Below are positions 20,660-33,700 of a DNA stretch of 40,037 bases, one piece after another. Origin of the DNA: Halocafeteria seosinensis (taxonomy: Eukaryota); contig LVLI01000115.1 in the NCBI GenBank assembly GCA_001687465.1, positions 1 to 40,037 of the forward strand. Reading direction: 5' to 3'. The stretch's first letter is position 1; every line of letters starts with the position of its first letter. A model generated the notes under the pieces. The model saw only the letters and a list, made by a program, of their open reading frames with translations, was not told the DNA's origin and ran no database searches. Made by a program: the position numbers and the translations under genes.

Positions 20660-23161
20660 TTAATACGGTGCTGCTGAGATGCTAGGGGTGACTCTCGCCT
20701 GAGCCTCCTGGATTTGTTGGTTCACTTGCCGAGCAAGCCCAAGCACTTCTTCCTTGACACTCTGATATTCACTGTCCTTTCCTTTGCTAGCAATGTCTGT
20801 GAATGAGTCAGAGGATAATAGTTCCACAATCTGATCTCGACGACCACCACCCCAGGTACTTACACTCTTTTAATGTGTATATAGACTGTTCGTAATGTTT
20901 CAGCTTCTTCTCTTGGTTTTCTAAAGCACGAGCCGTGGTGTTCGATTCTAGCTGACTTGAAGCTCTCTCGTATTCCTTCTCCAACTCGTGAACTTGCTGG
21001 CGAAGTCTATCTCTTCTGGTCGTATACTCATTTCTTTTTTCTTCTAATGTCTGATCATACATCGAGAACAAGTTGAATTAGTCCCATGTCGTTCAGCATT
21101 CATACGCAAGTAAAGAAGTCCCCATACCTCCTTAATGGCTTCATGCTGTTGTTTAAGGTTTTCGGTATCTTCAAACTTGCCCATACTATCCTGTAAGTAT
21201 AAAAATTGTTACAGACTTGCTCCAGTAACGCCACTGAAAAGTCACTCCTGGCTGCACTTACTTCCATGATCTGCATCTTCTCTTTGAGGTTTGCCAATTC
21301 CTGTGTGATCTTCTCGTCCAGAGAATTAATCTTTTCGAGTTCCGCTTGTCGTTTTTGATGTTCCTGAATCAAGTAAAATGAAGAAAATTACCAGTAAAGA
21401 TCCCGATGGGACCGATTCAGTTTTGCAAACTTACATCCTCCAGTCTTTGCTGAGTAGTCTTGCTGTGCCCAAGTTCCTTTTCTTTTTCCTTTAGGTCTTC
21501 GCCCATTTCTTGTGCTTCATTGACACTGTAGAGCCGGGAGCCGACATATTAAACCATGTAAAAGGTTCTCAACCTCGAGAAACGTTTACATACTCTGGCA
21601 TATTCGCCTCCCTATTGATTCCAGTAGAAATGTGTTCGAGTAGAGCGACGACGGTTTCCTTAGTCTTGCTTTGTTCCGACAATTCTTTGTCCCGCATTTC
21701 AGGAAAGCGGTCAATGAACTCGGTCATTTCTTGATCTCGTTTGTATAATGTCTCGTATTTTTGAGAGTCTCCAGCATCACCTTTCCGGGCTTCAATGTCT
21801 TGCGAAAGCTCTTGAGAAATTTTCTTCTTGGATTCTACACTTTCTCTCAAAGAAGCCAATTCGTTGTCCAGTTCCTGTCACACTCGGAGATCACCAATGA
21901 CACTTGCCACGTTACGCAATTATCTGAGTATTAGGAAAGCTCACCTTAATCGTTTCTGTGTCTTCCTTAACTTTGTCTAATAATCTCTGTCGAGCTTGTT
22001 GAGGATCCATATTTGTTGCCTCGAGTTCACGTTGATAGGCCTGTTCATCTCGCTTCAATGATTCGTAGCGTCGCATAAGCCGAGCATATTCCTCTCGATT
22101 CTTGTCCCCTTGAAGCTGCTGCTCATACTGATCAATTTGTGAATTCAGTTTCTCGAGCTCGTCCTGCAAGTTGGTAATACGTAGATGTGCAGTCATGTCT
22201 AAGACCAACTCCGCAATTCTATACGCACCTGGAGTTCACCAATTTTTTGTCGCGACTGTTTGTTCTGTTCGACATAACGCTGATACGTGTTCTGTTTCTC
22301 CGACGGGAGAGAATGTAGTTTTTCATCAGCTTGTTTGCGAAGCTGCTTGTGGCAGAGGCATGCGAAAGTCAAGAGCAGGACAGCAACCTATGCAAGGAGA
22401 ATAGAACATACCTCTTCGATTTGAGACTCTAACCGCTCAATACCTTTTTCACGCTCTTGTCGTTCCATAAAGATGCCGTCGATCTCTCGGGCATCCTCCT
22501 GATTCCGTTGCTTTAGGTTCTGGCGAAAACGAAACAAAAACACACACAGTTCAATAGTGTCGTCGCGGAACCGTTTGTACCATTCAACACATACTTCTAG
22601 GTAATTATTCACTTCACTTGGGTCCACATTTGTGCGCAATTTATCCATGGCCAAATTGTAATCGGCCAGTTCGCCCTCCAAATTACGCACTTCCTTGGAT
22701 AAACTCTCATATTTCCGGTCTAGCTGCAGGGTTCAAATCATTTGGATGAGACGCCTCAAAGCCCTAACGTAGGCATCATTGAGAGTGAGAGCTCTTACCT
22801 GTTGCTGTTGGGACTCTTCCTTCTTTCTGCGCTCTGCTTCTGACTGTAGTTTCTGTATTTCTGTCTGTAATTCCCCCATTTTCGTCCGTAAGAGCCCCAA
22901 ATAATAGCTCACATCCTGCACTTGGCGGCCTTTTCCAGCGCTCGCTGTCCGTAATCCAGCCATCCCCTGTTGAGTGACAGGCCGATCGGCAATATTCACG
23001 TTCGTATTGAGACCCACACCGCCATAATTCACCTCCTGTTGACCTGTAGCGAGTCTTCCTGAACCAGGTCTCATCCCCGAAGCTGGCGTCGCATTGCCCG
23101 TTCCTGGACGTTGGCCTCCTCCATATCCACGAGACGATACCGGTCGATGCATGGACGACAT
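20660..23161 (-). CDS. IFT74: Intraflagellar transport protein 74/72, multi-exon
   Basis: N-terminal RPGTG/RPGSG repeats, NIADRPVTQQGM, RQVQDVSYYLGLLR, LEGELADYNLAMDK, KYETLYKRDQEMTEFIDRF and LEKINSLDEKITQEL. Last exon ends ...ISAAPY, with TAA at 20662-20660. Confidence 0.93.
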
Positions 23162-24711
23162 GCCTCTCGCTTATATCACACAAGAGCGCACTGGGTGCAT
23201 GAACGAAAAACAACAACCCACCTGTGTTACAGCGTATACCAGCTTAACGGTTGTTACTCGGCCTTCCTGGAATTCAAAGCCGGCCCGATTTGTGACAGTC
23301 GCACTGTTAGCGACTGAACCAATTTACTGTGCTCTGCCAAGCAGTGCCAGTGCGTCGTTGTTTGTTGGGAAAACAGTATTAGAAAAGAGTGGAACAAGTT
23401 GTCTAGAATCAGTGAGCATGGATCCAAATTACTCACTGGTCGCTCCACTGTATCAGTGACCAGTGTGTATTGCTTCCACCAGAAATAGTCTAGTCTACAT
23501 GCCACGCTAGCTCATGAGGTGGAAATACTTCCCCAAATCGCTCAAGCATCCTTATGATCTTCGCGTGGTAGTGGCACATACCTACAAGCGTTATTAACTT
23601 AATAGACAGCTAGAAGCTGCAGGGCTCCTGCAGCAGGAGCTTGGCCAACTAACCAAACAGACTAATCAAGAGCTCTTCACCTCCTTAGTGCACCAACAAG
23701 AACCCGCTGCTTTCATGGTATTCCTCTTTAGGGCCTTCGGGAGTTCAGAAACATGCAAAACAGCTTCTAGATTTCCCTTCATTTTGTGGTCAGTGCGATG
23801 CTGGACGCCCCTGGCGGCGCACTACATGCTCAAGGTCCAAGTGTCTTCTTGGAGTTCCAACGATTTACCTTATAACAGTCACTGCTGTATGAAAATTAGC
23901 TCAGAGCTTGCCCTCGTTTCTACTCATTGAAGCTCAATCCACTGGACACTCCACGATAATACGGCCACACGAAGGCTGGAGACACTTAGTCCGCATTCCT
24001 ATCGCTCTTCGCAGTGCTCCAGATCATCGGCTCATCGATGATTCGATATCGAATGCATGCAATGTGTAAGCCCACATTGTTGGAATACTGAAGCTCATGA
24101 GCAGGTGTGTTCTCGCGGACTTTTTGGTCCAGACTCCAGGCTCCGGATTTGAAGTCTTGAACTTGCTTCTTCGAAGCTCAGCCTCCGAACCTTCGATCTA
24201 TCGAAAGCAGTCACTAATGCCCAGTCTGTCGGACTCTGTACTACTGTTGCTGCCAAATGTGGTGCGTGAGCCAACGCGATGTTCATTAGGAGTAATGTTG
24301 CAGGGTACGCTTAATATCACCCTTGAGAGCACAGAGTTGAAGACTTGAAGTTTCTAGAACGCGTTCGTCCTGGGCAACTGCACCGAAACGGCTCACAAGC
24401 TTCGTTGCACACCTTTTCGGTTGGCCCCCTTTACTTTCCCTGCTACTATGCCACCTCATGCTTTTTGCTAACTCCAAGGGGGTAGCCTGTTCCGTTGCTG
24501 CCGGAAGGCAATGTTCTTTAGTGAACATAGAAGTAATTTGTCGACGGAATTGTCGGGTCTCAAGATAATTCGTCCTTTCAAACAGTGTTTACATTGTGTG
24601 GAAGCAAGCGAGCTATCTTCGTCACGTCCAGCGTGTAATACTGGAAGCAAACGGAAGCTCAAAAGAGCAAAAAGGTTCACTATTCTCTGAGTCTGACGAA
24701 GAATCCCCAGC

Positions 24712-27700
24712 ATGGTTAACACGAAGTATACCTTACTGCTCGTGTTGGGAGCGCTATTCTTGCTTACTCTTCCCGATGCCGAGGCAAGAAGGTGTCGTTG
24801 TGGGAGGTATAAATCCCGATCTCGGAGGTGCTCTTGGAGTTGGTGGGGACGGTGTTGGAACTACAGATATGTTACAACTTGTCGTAGTTGTAGCGCGGGC
24901 CAGTATAGCAGTTATTGGAGTAACTCATGCCGTAATTGTGGCCCTGGTCGTTACTCGTCACGTTCCCGATCGTGTAGTTGTCGCACATGCAATTGGGGCC
25001 GCTATTCGAGCGGGCGTAGAAACCGTGGATGCAAGACCTGCAACGCAGGAAAATACGCAAATAGCATTTCCAGAGCTCGAGGATGCAGAAACTGTCCCGC
25101 GGGTAGATATGGGACATCGTCCAGACAGTGGAGAGTGAATGCTTGCAGAAGTTGTGGCTCGGGAAGGTATTCCAATGCTGGTTCAAGAGGATGTCGGAGC
25201 TGTAACTGGGGAAAGTAAGCTCTAACTGTCTGGACAAGGATACACAGAAAGTAAACCGTTCACTCACCACACTTTTTGCCACTACAGGTATGCCTCCGGC
25301 AACAGAAACTCTTCGTGTAAAAAGTGTCAACGTACGTTTAGCGTTGTACCTGGCAACTTTGAGCTTACACTTACATTGAACGGTTTGCAGCCGGTCGTGC
25401 GCATCGAAGAAACCGCCAAACAAGTTGTCCTACCTGTAATGTGGGCAGATATGCTAGTGGATACGGAAACTCATGGTTCGTTTCGCTTTTCCTCGAGATG
25501 GGTGTGGAACGGCAACCGTTCAAGTATTTCCTGCAGGTGTAGAGGTTGTAAGGCAGGAAGATACGCCTCACGCCGCGGTCAGAGTGGCTGCAGATGGTGT
25601 AACTACGGGCGATATTCTTCGTATGCCTCCCGATACTGTAGGAACTGTCCAGCTGGACGATACCTCCCCTTTCGAGGGACGCGCATCAACAACTGCAGGA
25701 ACTGTCAAAAAGGCAGATACCAACAAAGTGGGGGACAACGCTCTTGCCGGCTCTGTCCGAAAGGGAGATACAACCCACGCACTCGACAGAGAAACATTAA
25801 TGCATGTACGTCAAGAGGCCTTATTCAAAAGGAGATGGCGTACTAATTAAAACTGTAATGCAGGTCGCAATTGTCCGAAGGGCAAGTTTTACCCATCGTC
25901 TGGAGGTAAGTGATTGCTTAGTCCAACCTTTGCAGAGTACTAATTATCACAAGAACATCAATCTGTGGTTCATATCTGCAGCTACCTCTTCCAGTATGTA
26001 CTAAGATCTTCGAAAATGCAGCACATACCTTCATTTGACAAGTTAGAACCATACAGGGTCCTGCAAATGGTGTGGCTACGGAAAATACAACAACAAATGG
26101 GGCCAAAGTGGTTGTAGAAACTGCCCGGCTGGTCAACATCAGAATGGTAAAGGGCAAAGAGGTATGTAAGAGTAACATAGAGAAAAATTGCAGTCAACAT
26201 CCCATCAGAAGTACGTTTACAGGATGTCGGAATTGCAATACGGGGAAGTTCCAGCATAAATCAGGCCAAAAATGGTAATGTCATGACAAGCCAAATAAGG
26301 CACAGAAAAAAAAAAAAATAATAAAAATGACACGCTTGTGTTAATGCAGGTGTCGCAATTGTCCGAGAGGAAGGTCTTCCTCCAGCAAAGCAAGGGGTTG
26401 CTTCAAATGCCCCGCGGGACAATACAATAGCAACTATGGGTCAACTTGCAAGTCTTGTAACTCCCATCGGTTCTCGGCTCCGGGGTGGTCCTCGTGTAAA
26501 CGATGTACAAGTGAACCCGCTATACGCCGCATGGATACTAATAGCCGTTCTAAACCATCCAAACCGGCGATTAAGCAGTGTCCCGATTTTTGTAAAGGGA
26601 ACAACTATATGCACAACTTCGGCGATTGTAGATCATGCCCCCAGGGGACCAAGCCAAAAGGAAATCGCCGAGGCTGTGTTCGCATAAAAAATGGTTGCCC
26701 TGCAGGAAGATATACATATAGAAGAGAGAATGGAATCATCGAGTTATGGGAATGTAGAAGTTGTCCGAGTGGACAAACCAGCAGAAAAGGGGCGACTAAG
26801 AGGAGTGACTGTTTTGTCGACAACTGTAGTGCTGGCAAGTACAAATCTGGAAGTCAATGTGTCAGTTGTCCATCTGGCAAGTACCAGTCAACTTCTCACA
26901 AAGGAACCAGTTGTAGCGGTGTCTGCCCTACAGGAAGGTTTGGAAGAGGCCGTGGGAAGACGAGCTTGTCCAGTGCCTGTTCTGCCTGTCCAAGTGGACA
27001 GTATAACGGAAACACGGGAAGTTCTTCGTCTGCGGCTTGCAAGTCTTGTAGTGCCGGGCAGTACTCTTCTTCTTCCAGCCGTAGTTGCTCCAGATGTGAC
27101 AGCGGTAAGGTTCAGAGTGACAGCGGAAGCTCTTCATGCCGTAGCTGCCCCAGAGGGACAGTAAGCAATAATGAAAGGACTCTCTGTGAAGTCCGCTCGT
27201 GTTCAAAAGGGGAACGGCTGAAAACGGTGGGCCACTATGAAACTTGTGCAAAATGCTCCAGTGGGAAATACAGGCCAAACAGTGGGAAGTATGGCAGTTG
27301 CATATCTTGCCCGGCTAACTCTCAATCTGGCAGTGGCTCCAGTACTTGCCGTTGCCAAGCAGGGTATAAGCAGAACAGCTGGAGGTTGCTCTTCGAGGAC
27401 GTAAAGAATCCAGTGGCCACTCGAGAGCTGGAGGGGAAAGACCAGGAGCTATCATCTCAAGATTTTATCAAAATGCTTACTGATCAGTGTCTTCAGGGAT
27501 CTGGTGAAGCTTGCCAAATGAATCAAGCACTGCAAAATACAACACTCCCAGTTGCGGTTCACTACATTGACGGGAACAGGACCTACGCTCATCACTCACT
27601 CTCAGGAAGAAACCTAATACCTTCAAAAGCTCGTGGACTAGCTCCCAGCTGTAGTCGATGTCCGAGTGGGCAAGTGCAACCGGACGAAGGAAAAACTTCA

Positions 27701-30700
27701 TGTAAAACATGCCCCTCCGGTTCGAGTCCAAATAATCAACGTACATTCTGTTCCCTGTCAGGTAATTGTGGGAAGGGGCAAAGGTACAATAAGGGTAGCT
27801 ATTTCGAGCACTGTGTCGATTGTGCCGCTGGCAGGTATCAGTCGCAGACCAATCACAGGAATAGTAAATGTACGGAATGCCCCTCCGGAAAAGAGTCGTC
27901 AAAGGGAAGCTCGTTCTGTATTCCTCAAAGGTGTAGCTCTGGAACGCGCTATGAAGCCACTAGTCGACAGTGTGTATCTTGTCCGGATGGCCAAATTAAG
28001 CCGAATGCTCATACACGCGAAACAGCATGTACAGCTTGCCCTGTTGGCAAGTGGAGTAATTCCGATAAGACGCAATGCACCACCTGTCCAGCAGGTAAGA
28101 AACGTGGAAATGGGGACAGAGGCTGCATTGCCTGTGAATCTGGGTTCTTTTCCAACAGTGGCTCTTCGAGCTGCCGTGCCTGCGGGATCGGACTGTACGG
28201 AAGTGGAAATGATAGAAGCAGTGAAGCGTCAGCGTGTGAACGATGCAATGCTGGGAAGGTGAACCCTAAGGAAGGGCAAAGTGGAGAAGGATCGTGTAAA
28301 TCATGCCCTGCTGGCAAGTGGAGCGATTCCGACAATAGACGATGCGTATCATGCGAAGCTGGAGAGTATCAAAGCTCAACAGGTTGCGAGACATGCACTT
28401 CCGGTACATGGTCCAACGAGGAGGCTACGTCCTGTACGAGTTGTCGAGCTGGAAAGTATGGACGAGGTGATGGGAAGACAAGCGAAAATGATGGTTGTGC
28501 ATCGTGTCCCGCGGGAAGAGTATCCGCTTCTAGCGGAGCCACGTCTCTGAGCTCTTGTACGGAGTGCGGGACTGGGAAGTGGAGTAACAGTGATAATACG
28601 AAGTGCACGTCCTGTACACCGGGACGCTTCTCCGACGACGACACTAACGGATGCAGGCAGTGCCCTTCTGGAAAGTATTCAACCTCTTCCGGTGCCTCCA
28701 CGTGCGATGTTTGTAGTGCCGGAAAGTATGGGACCGGAGCGGGAAAAGATAGCGAAGCCGTTGCTTGTACTTCATGCCCGAGTGGATCTATCAGTCAAGC
28801 TGAAGGAGCCACGTCCTCTAGCACATGCTCGTCATGCCCGGCGGGACAATGGACCTCCGGATCTAGTCGGACCTCCTGTCAGAACTGTCCAGCCGGAACG
28901 AAACAAACAGAAGAGGGATGCGTTACCTGTGGGAAAGGAACATATGCAGGAGCTGGAAAAACAAGTTGCACTGAATGCGTCCTTGGAAAGTACAACCCCT
29001 CCACAGAATCAGCATCAGAAAGCAGCTGTCGGTCGTGTCCAGCTGGGAAGAAGGGGACGAAGAAGGGGGCAACGTCGGAGAATGACTGCGAAGCCTGTCC
29101 GTCAGGGTGGTGGAGCGATAATAGAAATGCACGATGCGTTGCTTGCAGTCGTGGGCAGTACCAGACGTCTTCTGGGTGCCAACAGTGTGGAGCAGGAAAG
29201 TACAACGACAACTTTGCTTCCACGAGCTGCAAGAGTTGTCCAGCAGGGACCAGTTCTTCTACAGTGGGAGCCACCTCAGAGAGTACCTGTACTCCTTGCC
29301 CAGAGGGTCAATGGGCCGATGCCGGCAGCAGTGAATGTAAACCTTGTAGTGCTGGACAATATAGGAGCTTAGACATGAATAGTGGCTGCACAGCGTGTTC
29401 TAAAGGCCGCTACGCTGACAGCCCCGGAGCTTCTGCTTGCAAAGCTTGTTCAAAAGGCAAAGTGGGTACAACGGAAGGAGCTTCTTCCTCCTCAAGTTGT
29501 TCCGCATGCGCTGCGGGGACTATAGCTGCTGTTGAGGGTCTCACAACCTGCAGTACTTGCCCAGCTGGTACATTTCAAGAGAAGGAAGGGGGATCTACTT
29601 GCGCTTCATGCTCTGCTGGTTATTATTCCTCCTCTGCTGGTAGCACGAGCTGTGTTGCCTGCAAGTCCGGGACGATCTCAAGCAGTGACGGAGCAACCCA
29701 ATGCACAGACTGTCCCGCCGGAACTGCTCAAGGAGGAACAGCACAAGCGACTTGCAGCGTATGTTCCCCTGGTTTGTATTCTTCCTCTACAGGTAGTGTC
29801 GAATGCGTTGCCTGTCCTGCGGGAAAGATAACAACTAGCGAAGGAAAAACAACTTGCGAAGAGTGCCCCGCTGGAACAGCGCAAAACAAAGAAGGGCAAT
29901 CCAGCTGTTCCACGTGTGAATCGGGTTTCTATTCCGCGAACGCGGGGAGCGCTTCCTGTCTTGCTTGTAATGCAGGAAAATTTGCTTCCAGTTCTGGAGA
30001 AACTACATGTAAAGTTTGTCCGAAAGGGACTGCCCAAAGCGAAAGCGGTAAATCTAGCTGTAGTTCTTGTTCCGCTGGTTTCTACGCGGGTTCAGTGGGT
30101 AGCACAGCTTGTGTAGCTTGCGAGGCAGGAACCATTTCGGACGAAGAGGAATCCAGTAAGTGCATGATGTGCCCAGCAGGTACAGCACAAGGAAGCGAAG
30201 GGCAATCAGCATGTACTGTCTGCTCTGCGGGTTTGTATGCCTCTTCGGAAGGGAGTACTGAATGTACGGAGTGTGCAGCAGGGAAGATCTCCGCCACGAA
30301 TGGGGAAACAGGTTGTACTGAGTGCGAAGTAGGGACCTCTCAAGGCAAACAAGGACAAGCAAGCTGCGATGTCTGTTCGCCAGGATATTATGCAGCCAGT
30401 ATGGGAAGTAGTGTTTGCTCTGCATGCGAGGCCGGAAGTATATCTTCCTCTGAAGGCGAATCACAGTGCACCGAATGCCCGGCAGGAACGTTTCAGAGCC
30501 AAGAAGCTCAATCGAGTTGTCGCCTTTGCTCCGCTGGCTTCTATGGCTCCAAGGCGGGATTGCAGCAATGTTCGGAGTGTGCCGCTGGTAAAGTATCTGC
30601 TTCTGAAGGACAGACAGAATGTGACGAGTGTTCAGCTGGCACTTACTCCAGTTCCACTACTGTATGCACAGATTGCCCTGTGGGATATGCTGTGGCCGAA

Positions 30701-33700
30701 AGTGGGCAAGCGAGTTGTAGCATTTGTAAGCCTGGAACCTTTGCAGCCGCTACGAAACAGGAACACTGTGCACCTTGTGCTGCCGGTTTTTTCCAAGAAA
30801 ATAGCGGTAAAGGAGAATGCGCTTCTTGCGCCATTGGTCTGTACGGGTCCTCGAGTGGATTATCGTCTTGTGAAGGATGTACAGCTGGAAAATTTGCTCA
30901 CCGGTCCGAGTCCACCAGCTGTTTCAAGTGTCCTGCTGGAACGCGCAACAGCGGGTACGATCAGGACACCTTAGCGGTACTGGAGGAAGCGGAAGATAAC
31001 TTCGTGAGCTACTACGACGTCTTTACGTATGGTGACTTGGAATTGACTTCTTTCAGGCCTCCTTTGCGTGTTTATGGTGACGAGAAAGACAAACCTTTCG
31101 AAATGGTTCCCCTGAGTGATCGTCGGCAACTACGAAGCGACGCCCGCCACCTATTTGGATTCACAAACAACGATGACAAAAACAGTCCCGAAGAATATGT
31201 CCAATTGCCAACACATGTAGACTACAACTTTAACGGAGCCGGATGTGTGATGTGTCTTCCAGGAAAGTATTCCGCTGGTGAGGGAGGATCTACATGTCAA
31301 AAGTGCAAACCTGGTACTTACCAACCAGGAATGGGGCATGACTCGTGTCTGTCTTGCAAAGCCGGATACTATTCTGATAGCGAGGGAGTTGCTGAATGTA
31401 AAGCATGTCCTGCAGGGAAGATGCAAAGCGAAGCGGGCAAGACGACGTGCATCGACTGTGCCGAAGGTACATTCTCCGCCAGTGAAGGTAGTTCGGTTTG
31501 TAGCAACTGCAGAGCTGGTCGATATGCCTCCCAGAAAGGGGCTTCCCAGTGCACATTATGCAGCAGTGGTAAATTCCAGGATATAATTCGTCAATCGTCC
31601 TGCAAAGAATGTCCTAAGGGCACTTCCCAGAGTCAGCAAGGACAAAGCGGTTGTAACCAATGCAACCCTGGAACTGTCCAACCATCCGAAGGGCAAGCTC
31701 AGTGCATTGAGTGTGATGCTGGAAAGGTCCAGCCTGGCGATGGTCAACTAACGTGTTTAGATTGTGCCCAAGGAAAGTTCATGGATCTTCGTGGACAGGC
31801 ACAATGCCGCGAGTGCGCGAAAGGATACTATGGACCCAGCACAGGTCTTGAAACTTGCCTCGAGGCAGGGAAAGGGCACTACGTGGATAGTAAAGGCTCC
31901 ATCACACGAAGCAAATGTCCCGCAGGGAAGTACGCCTCGTCTACTACATCCACTAGTAGCGATTGTGATGGCGACTGCTTCGAAGGATATTTCTGTAGTG
32001 AGGAAGGAAATACCACACCAGACCCCGAGAAGTGCCCCGCAAGCCGGTACGGAGAAGCAGGAGAAACGGATCCACAATGTACTGCCGACTGCTCCCCAGG
32101 GCATTACTGCCCCGCAGGCACCGGAAAGTCCAAACAACTGCCGTGTGGGGGACCAAGCAAATTTTGTCCAGGAGGCAATGCCCTACCACTAGACATCCCG
32201 GATGGGAGATACGGAGACATGGAGACCGCCATTGATGGATCCAGTGACAAACTTACTTCCACTCTAAACTGCCATCCCGGGCACCGGTGTACCGAAGGGC
32301 TTGAGCTTAAGTGTGCGTCTGGTCGCTACAATCCGGATCATGGGGCGAGTGAATGTCCGTTCAAATGCAGTGCTGGTTGGTTCTGTCCCGCGGGATCTGT
32401 AAACGATAAGGTTGAAGCCTGTGGAAGTGGCGACCATCCCGCGAAGTTCTTCTGCCCTGAAGGAACAACAGAAAGAAAACAAACAGCAGATTATGTCGAC
32501 AGTACCAATAGAGGGACGTACAGCACGGACGTCGCGGTGTCCGATGAACATCGGACAGGAGAATCTCCTTGCCCCCCAGATACTGTTTGCAGACACGGGA
32601 GACAGAAGGCATTTATCGAGTACACTGATGAGGTGTGCGGTCCTGACGCTGTTGCTCTTCCTACCATCAGTTCCCAATCTTTCGATGGGTCCAATGATAT
32701 CGAACTGTTCCAAGTTAAGCTCCGCGATAACATTCGAGACAGGCCAGTTGACATCGCTGATACAGTTGTGACAATGGGTAGGACGACTCAATGGCCCGGA
32801 TGCACTCTTCCTCAGCAACGCTTAGATTCCCTCTTTGTTTTGGACCCTGATACACTGACTATCTCCTTGAGCAGACAAGCAAAAAATGTTGATCCTATCT
32901 CTTGCCCGTTTTTCCGCACACGTCTCACAGCTAAGGCAGCTGATTCCCCAAGTGGAGTAGAAGAACAATGCACCTTCACTATCCACACGCATGACACTCT
33001 CATGGCTCCCGTGTTTGCTAGTACAGCTATTGGAGTGTCAAAGGATCGTGGATGTGCCATAGAGAAGGATACCGACAACGATCCTGAATGGGGTGGAAGA
33101 CTTGTATGCTGGGGCGACCCAGGTGACACCCAGTTACTCACACCTCCAGCCTCGAAGTCTCCAAGTCATGGGTTCATCATGGTTGTCAGTAGTTGGTATC
33201 ATAGTTGTGGACTGACCAGTAACGGAAATGTTCAATGCTGGGGAAAGCTTCCAGATGACATGAATACGATGGGTGTTCAAGAGTTTATTTTCGAAGAATT
33301 AGAAGGTCCATTCTCCAGTGTTGATGTTGGGGTAGGAAGTACATGTGCTCTTACTGGAGGTAGTGATGCTGGTGTGGCCAAATGTTTTGGAATGGGAGTG
33401 AATGCTTTCAAACCTCAAGGGGAGAATTTCATTCAAATCTCAATTGGCCAGATGAGCGTTTGCGGAATTACTTTCGAAGGACTAATATTATGTTGGGGGC
33501 AACCACGCTTCGGTTTGACAAGTGATTATCCTAAGGCCAATACTCCGGGGACCTCAGGGAAGTATGTGTCCGTATCTGTTTCTGAATCCAATAGTGCATG
33601 TGCTATCGATACAGACGGCGCCCTTGTTTGTTGGGGCATGCGATTCCTACGGGAAGACGAGAACGGCGAGGTTCTGGATTATGGACCCTTCGTGTATGAT

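Noticed and set aside
23450..24700. Possible degraded LRR-like pseudogene
   Set aside because: Only scattered Leu-rich fragments across different frames; no defensible alignment.
26306..26328. Poly(A) run as a retroposition scar
   Set aside because: It lies in a normal-sized intron with no TSD or element body.
26691..33141. Many alternative-frame and antisense ORFs inside the giant gene
   Set aside because: These are shadows of the repetitive Cys/Ser/Gly codon usage of the real frame.
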